The notes below the pieces were generated by a model. That model was not told where the DNA came from, did not search any database, and was given only the letters and a program-made list of their open reading frames with translations. This document shows positions 31,076-41,061 of a stretch of 64,000 nt of DNA, one piece after another (the first letter of the stretch is position 1; the number at the start of each line of letters is the position of its first letter). Location of the stretch: positions 24,657 to 88,656 of the IMG/VR virus record IMGVR_UViG_3300027007_000012. One strand, written 5' to 3'. The stretch is from a virus (Duplodnaviria > Caudoviricetes). A program made the translations under genes and the position numbers.

Positions 31076-33835
31076 ATGACAACAGCGAACCTCCTGAACC
31101 AGAAGGTCGGTAAATTCGGCCAGGTCCCCGGCGCCGCCTCTCGTGCTCGCATGTCCGAGCTCGTCGAGGGGAAAGGCGCACTCGATCTCCGCGACTACCA
31201 GCAGCATTTCGAAAAAGCGTTCGACGATAAAGTCACTGCGCAGCTCAAGTTCGAGAACTGGTGTTGCCGCGTCAAAGACAAGCTGATAGAGGAGTCGGGC
31301 ATCACTCTCCGCCCCTACCAGAAAGAGTTCTCGGACCGTATCATCAAGTCGGTCGTCAGGAACGACGGACAGACGTTCTTCGCCGAGTGGGCCCGACAGT
31401 GTCTCGACAAGGACACAGTCGTCCTCGACTACGACGGTTCAGCCACCCGCATCAAGGACCACCCGAGAGCGTGGAAGACCGGCGTGAAAGATGCGTACCG
31501 TCTCAAGACGCAAGGTGGGTGCGAGATCGTCGCCACCGATAATCACCCGTTCTGGACGCCTGACCGAGACTTCGTCGACTTGGGAGACCTCTCGCCTGGT
31601 GACCTGGTTGGAGTCACTGATGGTATCGACCGCCAGTGGAACGACGAACAGGTGTTCGAAACCACGTACGAGAAGTTCGTCAACATCCACCGGACGGACA
31701 CAGTCGATCTCCGAGAGCCTGTAACACACGACTTCATGGTGTTCCTCGGACTGATGACCGCTGACGGCACCGGGTACGAACCCGACTCGTCACAGTCGGT
31801 GAAGTTCACGAACACGAACCGTGACTACTGCGAATGGGTTGCTGATTTCGCCTACCGACGATGGGGTGTCGACCCACAGTGGTACGAGAAGGGCAACGGC
31901 TGGGACGTCGTTCTGTCGACGCGAGACAACGGTGCGACGAACCCCGTGAACGAAGCGTTCCGCACTGTCGAGCTCGACGATGGCTTCCCTACGGCGGTGT
32001 TCGACACTAACCCCGAGGCTGTTGCGTCGTTCCTCAACGGTCTGTGGGCGGGCGATGGCTACCTCTCTGTCATCGATGAGTCGCGTGACCGCACGGGAGG
32101 TCGTATCGATCTCGGCGTTGCTGGTGGCAACCGAGAGGTGTTCGTTCGGTATGTCCAGCAGCTGCTCCAGAAGGTCGGCATCGAGGCCCGCGTCAAGCGC
32201 GAGGTGATGGAGAAGACGACTGATGGAGAGCAGTTCTACCGCATCCTGGTTAACGGGACACACGGGGCGAAACGGTTCTTCGACCTGATGGACCCGGTAG
32301 TGGGGAAAGAAGACGCGTATGCTCGCGTGAGGGCGGTCGTCGACGCGCGTGACGGACGTGGGCGTCGTGTCTACGGCGATCACACGGAGCCGACTGGTGA
32401 ACACATCGTCTACCGGAAGGTCACGTCCATCGAGTACGTCGGGGAACGAGAGGTCTGGGACGTTCGCTACCCAGGGAAGGACTGGTTCATCGGTCAGGGA
32501 TTCAAGACGCACAACAGCGGGAAGACGGAGACGCTGGCCTCGACAGCCTACGTCATCAGTGTTCTGTTCGCCCCGATCCGCATCGGTATCTTCGGTCCAA
32601 AACAGCGACAGGCGCAGATCATGTGGGACCGCGTGAAAGAGCGGTACAACCAGGATGTGCTCAGCGGACTCGGGCTGGAGATCGAGAAGTACGGGGGAAA
32701 CACGTTCAAGCTGTCCTCCGGTTCTGTAGTCCAGGCGATCACGGCGGGCTCGGGGAACATTGAGGGGGAGACCTTCGACCTGATCCTCATCGACGAGACG
32801 CAGAAGATCAGTCGCCGGATGCTCCTCGCCGAGATCTGGCCGATGGGCGCTGAGACCAACGCGACGAAGTGCTGCATCGGGACACCGCACTTCCAGGACT
32901 GCTGGTTCCGCGAACAGCTGGAGCGGCTGAAAGGCACGCCGTTCTGCATGATCTACGACTGGCGGACGCCAGCGAAATACTCACAGAACTACCGGAAGTC
33001 GATCGCTCGCCAGTTGGAGCAGATGAGTCCCGAGTCGGAGGAGTTCCGCACTCAGTACGAGCTCGAGTGGATTCTGGAAGCCGGGATGTTCATCACGATC
33101 GAAGACTGGCGTCGGATGAACCCCGCGCCGCTGCTGGCGCCGGTCGTCACGAAGGAGGACCTCCGGGACGACGATGTAGACTCGAAGTGGCAAATCCGAG
33201 CGGGGCTGGACCTCGCGAAGGAGCACGACTCGACCGTCCTCACAGTCACTGGCAAATACTTCGGGTCGTGGGACCCTTACTGGGATTACTTCTCGAACGA
33301 GACGATCGTCCTCCTCGACGTGGTCGAACTGGAGGGGCTCGAATACCCCGACCAGATCGACATCATCAAAGAGGAACTCGACCGCTGGCACGCAGACGTC
33401 GTTGGGGTGGACTCGACAGGTGTGGGTGACCCGGTGACGGACATCCTGAAGCGAGAGTTGAACCAGTACGTCGAGGGCATCAAGTTCTCGCAGGCGAGCA
33501 AGCACGACCTGTACAAGCACGTCGAGCGGAAGGTGAAAGTCGAGGAGGAATGGGACTACTGCAACTTCGTCATCCCGAAACAGGTCCGGTCGTATCCCCA
33601 CCTGGAGGTTTCGATGCGGAAGATGGAAGATCAGTGGCTGGACCTCACGAAGGAGTACAAAGGGTCGCGGATGCACGTCGAGGGGCCGGACAGTGGGCAC
33701 GACGACTTCCCGGACTCGGCGGCGCTCGCCATGTGGTGCCAGGACGCCGACTACAACATCGACAAGAAGCACATGACATCCCCGACCCCGGTCCTGGGGA
33801 CGATGGATGGGATCGGCGCGACGATCGGGTACTGA
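31076..33835 (+). CDS. terL: Terminase large subunit containing an intein
   Basis: LRPYQ adenine motif, split Walker A ARQ/SGKT, Walker B LILIDE, nuclease motifs GLDLA, VDSTG and HDDFPDSAALA. Confidence 0.92.
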   Translation: MTTANLLNQKVGKFGQVPGAASRARMSELVEGKGALDLRDYQQHFEKAFDDKVTAQLKFENWCCRVKDKLIEESGITLRPYQKEFSDRIIKSVVRNDGQTFFAEWARQCLDKDTVVLDYDGSATRIKDHPRAWKTGVKDAYRLKTQGGCEIVATDNHPFWTPDRDFVDLGDLSPGDLVGVTDGIDRQWNDEQVFETTYEKFVNIHRTDTVDLREPVTHDFMVFLGLMTADGTGYEPDSSQSVKFTNTNRDYCEWVADFAYRRWGVDPQWYEKGNGWDVVLSTRDNGATNPVNEAFRTVELDDGFPTAVFDTNPEAVASFLNGLWAGDGYLSVIDESRDRTGGRIDLGVAGGNREVFVRYVQQLLQKVGIEARVKREVMEKTTDGEQFYRILVNGTHGAKRFFDLMDPVVGKEDAYARVRAVVDARDGRGRRVYGDHTEPTGEHIVYRKVTSIEYVGEREVWDVRYPGKDWFIGQGFKTHNSGKTETLASTAYVISVLFAPIRIGIFGPKQRQAQIMWDRVKERYNQDVLSGLGLEIEKYGGNTFKLSSGSVVQAITAGSGNIEGETFDLILIDETQKISRRMLLAEIWPMGAETNATKCCIGTPHFQDCWFREQLERLKGTPFCMIYDWRTPAKYSQNYRKSIARQLEQMSPESEEFRTQYELEWILEAGMFITIEDWRRMNPAPLLAPVVTKEDLRDDDVDSKWQIRAGLDLAKEHDSTVLTVTGKYFGSWDPYWDYFSNETIVLLDVVELEGLEYPDQIDIIKEELDRWHADVVGVDSTGVGDPVTDILKRELNQYVEGIKFSQASKHDLYKHVERKVKVEEEWDYCNFVIPKQVRSYPHLEVSMRKMEDQWLDLTKEYKGSRMHVEGPDSGHDDFPDSAALAMWCQDADYNIDKKHMTSPTPVLGTMDGIGATIGY
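31400..32515 (+). mobile_element. Canonical intein with LAGLIDADG homing endonuclease in the TerL Walker A (372 aa)
   Basis: Starts CLDKDT, ends KTHN before Ser+1; FLGLMTADG and FLNGLWAGDG blocks. Confidence 0.92.
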
Positions 33836-34081
33836 AAACCCCTCTGACTACCTAACAGGTTTTTGGTAATACCAGATTAGCAATACACTTAAGCGTAGGT
33901 GGTACCAGATTTGTGATATGGGAAGATCCGTAGAGACGGGCGCCGTGAACGAGCGTCCCGAAGATATCCGTCAGGACGGGAAGTGCCCGTGCTGTGGAAC
34001 TGAAGTGTCCGCAGAGGACCACGACCACGAGTGCAGTTGCTCGTGCTCGGACGAGAGCGAATAAATCTGGAGTCGCCCTGA

Positions 34082-35842
34082 ATGAGTGAAGCAGAAACAC
34101 CACCAGATGATACACCAGCCGATGAGTCAGAAGACGACGTCGAGATAACGGCTGAGGTCGAGTCGGCCGACGGGACAGCGGCGACCGTCACACGGTCGGC
34201 ATCGCTGGCCGAGGTCGTCTCGGAACCGCGAGAGATCCTCGACAAGGACCAGTTCGAAACGGACTTCGACCTGTACGAACGCCTCCTGACGATCGACTCC
34301 GAACTGGCCGGGACTGTCCGCGCACAGGCACAGTTGGCCTCTGGCTTCGAACTGATCCACCCCACCACAGAAGGAGACAGTGAGGAGCCGAGCGATTCGG
34401 ACGTTACGGCGCTCAAAGACTGTAAAGAATTGGTCCAGTTACTCGACCTGGACCTCTCACAGCCGTCGATGTTCAAGGGCATGATCGCTATGGGCAACGA
34501 CGTCTCGAAGATCATCTTCCGTGACGGGGAGGGAGTGACCGGCCTCCAGTCACTCCCCCTCCGCTCGCTGACGATCATCGACGAGGATACCCAGCCCGGT
34601 GTACAGAACGCGATCGCAGAGGCGAGAAAGGCCGTCGACGGCGACGAGGAGATCGACCTCAAGACGTACACCGACAACCTCCCCGATGCGGTTGTGCAGG
34701 ATGCAGACTACTACGTCCTGAACGAGGGCAAGAAGGACATGAAGATGATCGAGTCGTGGAAGATCCTTCATCTCGCCGCCGAGCGCCGTAGCAACTGGTT
34801 CACGGACAAGTTCGACCGGCGGACCTACGGCGTGTGGGGTGCCCCACGAATCGAGCCGACGAAGTTCCCCCTCCAGGCCAAGCACAACACGCTCACGAAC
34901 AAGGTGTCGATGGATGACTCCCTGATCGCCCGGGAGATCTACCACATCGACGTCGCGACGCTGTTCGGACACATCAACAACGACGAGCGCCGAGAGGAGA
35001 AGGCCAAAAAGTACGCGTCCGACCTCAAGGAGACGCTGGAAGGGATGGGGCCCGACGAGAAGCCCATCCTTCCGGACGAAGTAACTGTCGACGTCAAAGG
35101 TCCCGAGGGGAAGGCCAAGGAACACGGTGACTTCCTCGACCTGATGAACGATTCCATCATGCACGCGCTGACGTTCAACGTCTCGGGCGTCGGGCGTGAC
35201 GCTGGTGGTCCGTACATCGGGAACCGGCCGGCGAAGGATACGTCGCTGAACAACGTTCGTCACCTTCGCGAGACGATGGGCCGACAGCTCCGAAAGCTGT
35301 TCAAGATCCACCTGCTCCTCAAGCACCCCGAGTGGCGCGAGGACATGGTCGACCCGGAGGACGTTTCGACCTGGAAACTCCGGGACGACATCACGCTCCC
35401 GAAAGTCGAGTGGGCGCAGATGGAAGATGGCGACCTCGAACGTGTTGTGAACGCGGCAACGAAAGCGTACGAGTCCAAACTGATCACGCGGAACGAGGCC
35501 CGCGAGATGTTCGGCCACGACCCGATCCCGGACGACGAGCTCGATCGCCTGTTCCAGGACCAGTTCATGAACATGGAGATTCAGGACGAGTTCAACCGTC
35601 GCCAGCAGGAGCGCCAGCAGGAGATACAGGATCAGGAGCAGGAGACACAGGACACGGACGAGGAGGAAGAAGACGCAAGCGTCGCCGAGACAGCCGAGAC
35701 CGCGCACTCGATGCCACCAGCAGCAGTCGCCGAGGACATCGACAACGACGAGTTCCGAGAAACGCTGACGGATTCGTTCGACAGCGCGATTTCGAAGATG
35801 AACGCGTCGTTGAGCCAGGGAGGTAACGATGAGTCTGCGTGA
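34082..35842 (+). CDS. Portal protein
   Basis: 586 aa directly after TerL; C-terminal LITRNEAREMFGHDP typical of portals. Confidence 0.75.
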   Translation: MSEAETPPDDTPADESEDDVEITAEVESADGTAATVTRSASLAEVVSEPREILDKDQFETDFDLYERLLTIDSELAGTVRAQAQLASGFELIHPTTEGDSEEPSDSDVTALKDCKELVQLLDLDLSQPSMFKGMIAMGNDVSKIIFRDGEGVTGLQSLPLRSLTIIDEDTQPGVQNAIAEARKAVDGDEEIDLKTYTDNLPDAVVQDADYYVLNEGKKDMKMIESWKILHLAAERRSNWFTDKFDRRTYGVWGAPRIEPTKFPLQAKHNTLTNKVSMDDSLIAREIYHIDVATLFGHINNDERREEKAKKYASDLKETLEGMGPDEKPILPDEVTVDVKGPEGKAKEHGDFLDLMNDSIMHALTFNVSGVGRDAGGPYIGNRPAKDTSLNNVRHLRETMGRQLRKLFKIHLLLKHPEWREDMVDPEDVSTWKLRDDITLPKVEWAQMEDGDLERVVNAATKAYESKLITRNEAREMFGHDPIPDDELDRLFQDQFMNMEIQDEFNRRQQERQQEIQDQEQETQDTDEEEEDASVAETAETAHSMPPAAVAEDIDNDEFRETLTDSFDSAISKMNASLSQGGNDESA

Positions 35843-36698
35843 CCGTCTCGACAAGCACCTGATCGCCCTCGACGAGACACACGAGACGGTCATCGACGAG
35901 TACATTCAGGATGCGTTCGCCCAGGGTGTTAGCGAGGAAGTCACATGGCTGAGCAATCTCGGTGTTCGGACGGCAACGCGCGATCCTGAACCGACAGACG
36001 CTCTCGAGGAGATCCGAGCACGAACGGTCGACAGAGTCGCCCGCTACGACGAGTCACTCCGCGAGAGTGTGTTCGAATCGCTCGACGAGTCGAAAGGGAG
36101 TACGTACGAAGTGATAGCCCGGCTGTTCGACGATGGCCTCACGGTTGGGGCGGGAGACGAGACACACGACGTCAAATCGGTCAGTGCGGACGGGTCGGCG
36201 TCGATCGTCTCCCGGGCGGGAACCGTCGCCATGACGCTCGAACCGTCCGCGTATTTCGACTGGGTAAGCGCAGTCGCAGTCGTCGAGGCGCGAAGCGCCG
36301 GCCGGGTTGCCGCCCAGCTCGGGTCTGACGACGTCATGGGACACGTCTGGGTCGACCCACTCGACGAGCAGACGACGCCAATGGCCGCCCGTCTCCATGG
36401 TGAGACGTTCGGTCGCGATGGCCTCCCGTTCCATCCACCTGTCGTCTATGGCGGGCGATCCCGTGTGTGGCCACTGTTCAAGGCATCGTCACCACAGGCC
36501 GAAAAACTCCCCTCCGTGGATGCGCTCGTGGGCCAGCGGGAACGCTGGTTCATCAACTACTCGCGGATGCAGAACGGTGAGCTCCCGGAAAACGACTGGG
36601 CACACGAACCAGTTGTCGATGAGGAGTACAACCTGGCGTTCATCTACACGCAGTTGCTCCCGCGAGACTACGCACAATACCTCCCCACCAACGAATAA
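35829..36698 (+). CDS. Head morphogenesis protein (SPP1 gp7 / Mu F-like)
   Basis: WVDPLDEQTT...LHGETF...FHPP...GRS resembles the F-family C-terminal motif; follows the portal. Confidence 0.6.
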   Translation: MSLRDRLDKHLIALDETHETVIDEYIQDAFAQGVSEEVTWLSNLGVRTATRDPEPTDALEEIRARTVDRVARYDESLRESVFESLDESKGSTYEVIARLFDDGLTVGAGDETHDVKSVSADGSASIVSRAGTVAMTLEPSAYFDWVSAVAVVEARSAGRVAAQLGSDDVMGHVWVDPLDEQTTPMAARLHGETFGRDGLPFHPPVVYGGRSRVWPLFKASSPQAEKLPSVDALVGQRERWFINYSRMQNGELPENDWAHEPVVDEEYNLAFIYTQLLPRDYAQYLPTNE

Positions 36699-36964
36699 TG
36701 TCCCCCAACAAACCGCTCGCAGACTGGCAAAAGCTGACGATCATGGCCCAGGCCCCGTTCCGGGGCAACCGGACAATCGCGAAACGCGCTGAGTGTTCGG
36801 TTTGGGCCGTCAGAAAGTACCGCTCGCTGATGAAAGAAAACGGACACGCTCTCGACGTTGGTGTGACGGAAGAATACGATGAAGCCCTCGTCTCAGAGGA
36901 AGCGATGGCGATCTTCGACACAATCGTCGACGAAGGGCTGAACCAGGAACGGGGGCGGATATGA
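36698..36964 (+). CDS. Small HTH-like protein
   Basis: NRTIAKRAECSVWAVRKYR. Confidence 0.5.
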   Translation: MSPNKPLADWQKLTIMAQAPFRGNRTIAKRAECSVWAVRKYRSLMKENGHALDVGVTEEYDEALVSEEAMAIFDTIVDEGLNQERGRI

Positions 36965-37191
36965 TGCCCCGGGCGAAGGACGTGGTGAGTGTCCTCCTGG
37001 TCGGCGCCGTCACGAGCGTGTGGCTCTACCAGACGCTCGACCCGGCGCTGGCCGAGGACTTCGCCGTCAAGGCACTGGCGCTCACGTTCGCCGCTGCTGG
37101 TGGCATCACCTTGTTCGGGCGGGGGACGATGCAAGCGGCAAAGAGAGTGGCTGAATCGACACTCCGCCCGCAAGAGAAGACAGACGAATGA
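36961..37191 (+). CDS. Small membrane protein with two hydrophobic segments (holin-like candidate)
   Basis: VVSVLLVGAVTSVWLY and ALALTFAAAGGITLFG segments. Confidence 0.55.
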   Translation: MMPRAKDVVSVLLVGAVTSVWLYQTLDPALAEDFAVKALALTFAAAGGITLFGRGTMQAAKRVAESTLRPQEKTDE

Positions 37192-37601
37192 GGCTGGTCA
37201 AGCAGGAGAGTTGGAACGACTGTGCTCCTGCGTGTTTAGCGATGGTGACTGGCGTACCGATTACAAACGTCAAAGCGTTCGTCCCGGTGCCGACGACCCA
37301 CGCGGAAATGTATTCGTTTCTCTTTCGCCGTGTCGACGATGTCCATCTGATCACAATCCTCGACGAGATCAAGATCCGCGACCTCAAAGAGCGACGTGAC
37401 CTGTTTCGTACCAACCGACCATTCGAGGAACGGACGATGATACTCACCGTCGCAGCACCCTATCCGGAGGTATTGTGGCACGCAATCGTCGTTCACGAGG
37501 GAAAGGTCCTCGACCCGACCGACGAGTGGCGCGACATAGATGAGATCAATGGCGTGAGCTGTACCTGGGGCTTCGACATCGAGCTCGACAGCGACCTGTA
37601 G
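37188..37601 (+). CDS. C39-like cysteine peptidase
   Basis: Q...DCAPACLAM plus WHAIV...VLDP catalytic Cys/His/Asp pattern. Confidence 0.8.
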   Translation: MRLVKQESWNDCAPACLAMVTGVPITNVKAFVPVPTTHAEMYSFLFRRVDDVHLITILDEIKIRDLKERRDLFRTNRPFEERTMILTVAAPYPEVLWHAIVVHEGKVLDPTDEWRDIDEINGVSCTWGFDIELDSDL

Positions 37602-37682
37602 ACCTATCAGAGAAGATAGTTCTATATCGGTCGAACCACCAGACAAGTAAGCTTTTTAGCAATGTAACGTATTTGGTAATAT

Positions 37683-38708
37683 ATGCAAGCTGTCGTAGAT
37701 GCAACTGGAAATGCACCCAGCCTGTCGCCCCTCAACGCCCGTCGGTCCCGATTCACCCTCCCGGTCGCCGGAGAAACAATCATCGAGCGTGTGGTGAACG
37801 GGTTGGTCGACATCGGCGTCGAGCGGGTCGCCATCGTGACCGATGAAGACTCTATTCGGACGGTCTTCGGCGCGGAGCGTGGGGTCGACCGACTCGGGTT
37901 GGAAGACGTCGAGCTGTGTTTCATCCCACACTACTACGGCGAGACAGCGTCGAAGACACGAGGACTGGCCGAAGATACGGGGTTCCTGTGGGTTCGTGGC
38001 GACACGCTCTATGACTGGGAGTCCCTCGCGGAGCTCGCCGAGCACGACTCGGCGCTCGGGTACGTCCCCCATCCACACACGGCGACCCACGGAAAGATTC
38101 AGATCAACGGTGATGACCTGCGAGCGACGCCCGGGGAGTACACGCACTCGGGCGCACACCTGGCCTACGCGTACAAGTTCCCACCCCGAGCCCACGAATG
38201 GGACTACGGAATCGATCCCATGACAGAGGAACTCGCCACACAGACCGACTCGGAGAGCGTCGCCATCCGGTGGACGCCCATCGAGAACCCTGCTGACTAC
38301 TTGGCGGCGAACCTCGAGCGAGCCGCTGCTGGTGGCATCGATGTGGAGGTTGACGGAGCGGCAACCGTGATCGGGCCATGTGTCGCCGGCGAGGACGTCA
38401 CGGTCGGGCCCGGCGCAGTGATAGAGTCGTCGGTCCTCATGGACGGGGCGACAGTTGGAGCCGGGTCGTACGTCGGTCACTCGGTGGTCGGCGAGGGAGT
38501 GACGATCGAGCAGAACGTGACGACGAACACACGGTCGGCCAGCTGTGAGACTGTGGTCGCCGAGTTTGGTGACGAGCGTGTGGACACGGGACGAACAGAG
38601 TTCGGCGCAATCTTCGGCCCAGGGTCGACAGCCCAGGCCGGGTCGACCGTCCTCCGAGGGACCACCGTCGAGACGGGGCTCACACTCGAACCAGGGTCCG
38701 TCAACTGA
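37683..38708 (+). CDS. Degenerate sugar-phosphate nucleotidyltransferase (GlmU-like) with a left-handed beta-helix C-terminus
   Basis: LPVAGETIIERV...I and hexapeptide repeats are kept, but the GxGTR and PK motifs are replaced by TGNAPS and SR. Confidence 0.75.
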   Translation: MQAVVDATGNAPSLSPLNARRSRFTLPVAGETIIERVVNGLVDIGVERVAIVTDEDSIRTVFGAERGVDRLGLEDVELCFIPHYYGETASKTRGLAEDTGFLWVRGDTLYDWESLAELAEHDSALGYVPHPHTATHGKIQINGDDLRATPGEYTHSGAHLAYAYKFPPRAHEWDYGIDPMTEELATQTDSESVAIRWTPIENPADYLAANLERAAAGGIDVEVDGAATVIGPCVAGEDVTVGPGAVIESSVLMDGATVGAGSYVGHSVVGEGVTIEQNVTTNTRSASCETVVAEFGDERVDTGRTEFGAIFGPGSTAQAGSTVLRGTTVETGLTLEPGSVN

Positions 38709-38717
38709 GGGCACAAC

Positions 38718-40166
38718 ATGCGTGTTCTCATCTTCACGCTCGCCTACCGGAACGAGTACGCCCTCTCGAGTGGGACCATCTCGGATGCTGTGAGCTGGGC
38801 GCAATACTGGACCGATCGTGACCCGACGCTACACGTGTATCTGGTGGTGCCCGACAGGGACGACGTCGCCTGGGACACGGAGTTCCTCGTCGACGCCGCG
38901 TCGGGGGACTACCCACAGATCACGATCATTGAAGCCCGGCGACCGGAGGATACACTCGGGATTCGAGGTTTCAGTGACGACGAGCTCGCGGCGGTTGAGA
39001 CCGAGTGGGATGAACACGGTGGATACTTCGACGTAGTCATCGACCAGCGCCGCAAGGGACGAGATCGGCTTGTTCAGTTCCTGACGACACTGATGCAAAC
39101 GAAGCGGTGTCAGAAACGACCGTTCAGAGTGGTCGACTACGTTCACGACGTGTACGCTCCCTATATGTTCGGCTACAACCAGGACTTCCCGTTCGAGCTC
39201 CACGGCCGACAGGAGTTCTACGGCATGACCTACTCGGACCGCATCTGGTTCTCTGCGGAGAGCAACGAACGGGACGTAGCGAAGTATGGGTCTCGACACC
39301 TCCCACAGGCGACGGTCAAGGATATCTTCGACCGGAGTCGAATCGTCCACACGCCACTCGACATCTCGATGTCGGACGCACAGTTCAGCGCCTCACCACG
39401 CTACCTGCACATCGCCGGCGACGCAGGTGTAGAGAAACGAAACCCGGACGTCGTCCTCGAGGTCTCGAACTTCCTGTACGGACGGTTCGATATCGAGACG
39501 ATACTGACGACGCGGAAGTCGGAACTCCCGCCGATCTTCAAAGACGTCGACCACATCCACGTACACAAGTCGTGTCCGTACGAGACCTACCGTCGACAGA
39601 TTGGCCGGGGAGACATCGTCCTGTGCGTCTCCAAAAACGACACGGAGGCAAGGACGATGTTCGAGCAGGCCGCCGGCGGTCAGGTACTCCTGTGCTGGAA
39701 TCGACCGTGGCTATACGACCAGCTCCCGACGGACTACGCGCTGACCATCGATCACAAAGACGATATGAAGAAACTGGCGTACTGGGCGGTCTCGAACTGG
39801 GATGAGGCGGTCGCAGAGACCAAGCGTGGGATGGAGGTTGTCGAGACGCGACGCGGGAAGGAGAACGTTGGGAACCGAACCTACGACGACATGCGTATGC
39901 TCGTCGACGAGAAACTGGCTGAGTTTTCCCTCGATGGGTACGTCGGGACGGAGATCGTCGAGAAGGCGGCTGATTCGATCAGCGAGGGAGAGTTCACGAT
40001 CGAGACGCTCAACGATAGAACTCAGTATTTCACCGATTCGGGAGCGACGCTGCTGGACATCTACTTTGAGTCGCGAATGAACCTGGTGGATGCCCTCCGG
40101 CGGCTGGGGTACGTCGACACGGGAGAGCGAACACCTCGCTTCCGAAAGGCTGGAAAACAGGTATGA
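38718..40166 (+). CDS. GT-B-fold glycosyltransferase-like protein
   Basis: YRRQIGRGDIVLCVSKNDTEARTMFEQAAGGQVLL resembles the GT4 donor-binding segment. Confidence 0.6.
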   Translation: MRVLIFTLAYRNEYALSSGTISDAVSWAQYWTDRDPTLHVYLVVPDRDDVAWDTEFLVDAASGDYPQITIIEARRPEDTLGIRGFSDDELAAVETEWDEHGGYFDVVIDQRRKGRDRLVQFLTTLMQTKRCQKRPFRVVDYVHDVYAPYMFGYNQDFPFELHGRQEFYGMTYSDRIWFSAESNERDVAKYGSRHLPQATVKDIFDRSRIVHTPLDISMSDAQFSASPRYLHIAGDAGVEKRNPDVVLEVSNFLYGRFDIETILTTRKSELPPIFKDVDHIHVHKSCPYETYRRQIGRGDIVLCVSKNDTEARTMFEQAAGGQVLLCWNRPWLYDQLPTDYALTIDHKDDMKKLAYWAVSNWDEAVAETKRGMEVVETRRGKENVGNRTYDDMRMLVDEKLAEFSLDGYVGTEIVEKAADSISEGEFTIETLNDRTQYFTDSGATLLDIYFESRMNLVDALRRLGYVDTGERTPRFRKAGKQV

Positions 40167-40191
40167 CCACAAGATTGCGAAGGGAGTAGCA

Positions 40192-40518
40192 GTGTACGTC
40201 GAAGACCTCTCCGCTGGCTACTGGATGGCCACCCTTGCCGTCGAACAGTGGGACCAGGACTACGGCGCGATGGACTACCTCGACCACGGAACGCTGTCCG
40301 ATTTCGTCTACGGGCGAGACGATCACCCACTGGTCGTCAGGGAGGAACGGCATCAGGCGACATACATCCCGGTCTACCCGGAAAGTTCGATCCCACGAGA
40401 CACGCTATTTGTCCCCGGCGACACGGATGACCCCGCATGGGATCGGGAATGTGTACTTATCGCAAAGGCGACACATGCGGTAAAACTACTTCAGTTCTTG
40501 AGCGAGGACCCCCTCTAA
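40192..40518 (+). CDS. Hypothetical protein
   Basis: GTG start with GGAG upstream; start uncertain. Confidence 0.55.
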   Translation: MYVEDLSAGYWMATLAVEQWDQDYGAMDYLDHGTLSDFVYGRDDHPLVVREERHQATYIPVYPESSIPRDTLFVPGDTDDPAWDRECVLIAKATHAVKLLQFLSEDPL

Positions 40519-40524
40519 ACCCCC

Positions 40525-40560
40525 GTACGTACATATGTACGCGCCCATATGTACGTGCAG
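40525..40560. repeat. 36-bp site identical to 63005-63040, with 13-8-13 inverted-repeat architecture
   Basis: gtacgtacatatg-tacgcgcc-catatgtacgtgc(ag). Confidence 0.95.
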
Positions 40561-41061
40561 AAGGGTAGAGGTTCTGAAAGACATTAGGTAGGGAATCTTT
40601 CATGGTGACCCCCGGCGACCCCCTTTCCAGACCCCAACCCCCACCCTGTAGGCCCTGTAAACGCCTCTCCGGGCACTTCGGACCCGATTAGTTTCAAATC
40701 GACACTCTCAGACTCTCTATACGTGGTATACGGCATAGCTGAGCGACATTCCAGTCCTTCAGAACAGTTTCCTCTCCGCTAACCTCTCATGTCCGATAGC
40801 GCGTCATAATATTCCTGACACCCCCACGCTCTCGATGCCACCAGCAGCGGTTTCGACGATTCATGAAAGGCACGTAGAAACGGTTTAGGTGGAATCGATA
40901 GACTGGTCTTCATTAAACTAATGAATGAGTCTCGATAGAACAGAAATCTTTAATATCATATCCCACATATTTCTACTTACCCACAGCTACCCAGTGGGAC
41001 GCACTCCAGGAGTGCGTGGAACGGAGACATACATGAGAAAATTGCGACAGAAGTGGGGGCA

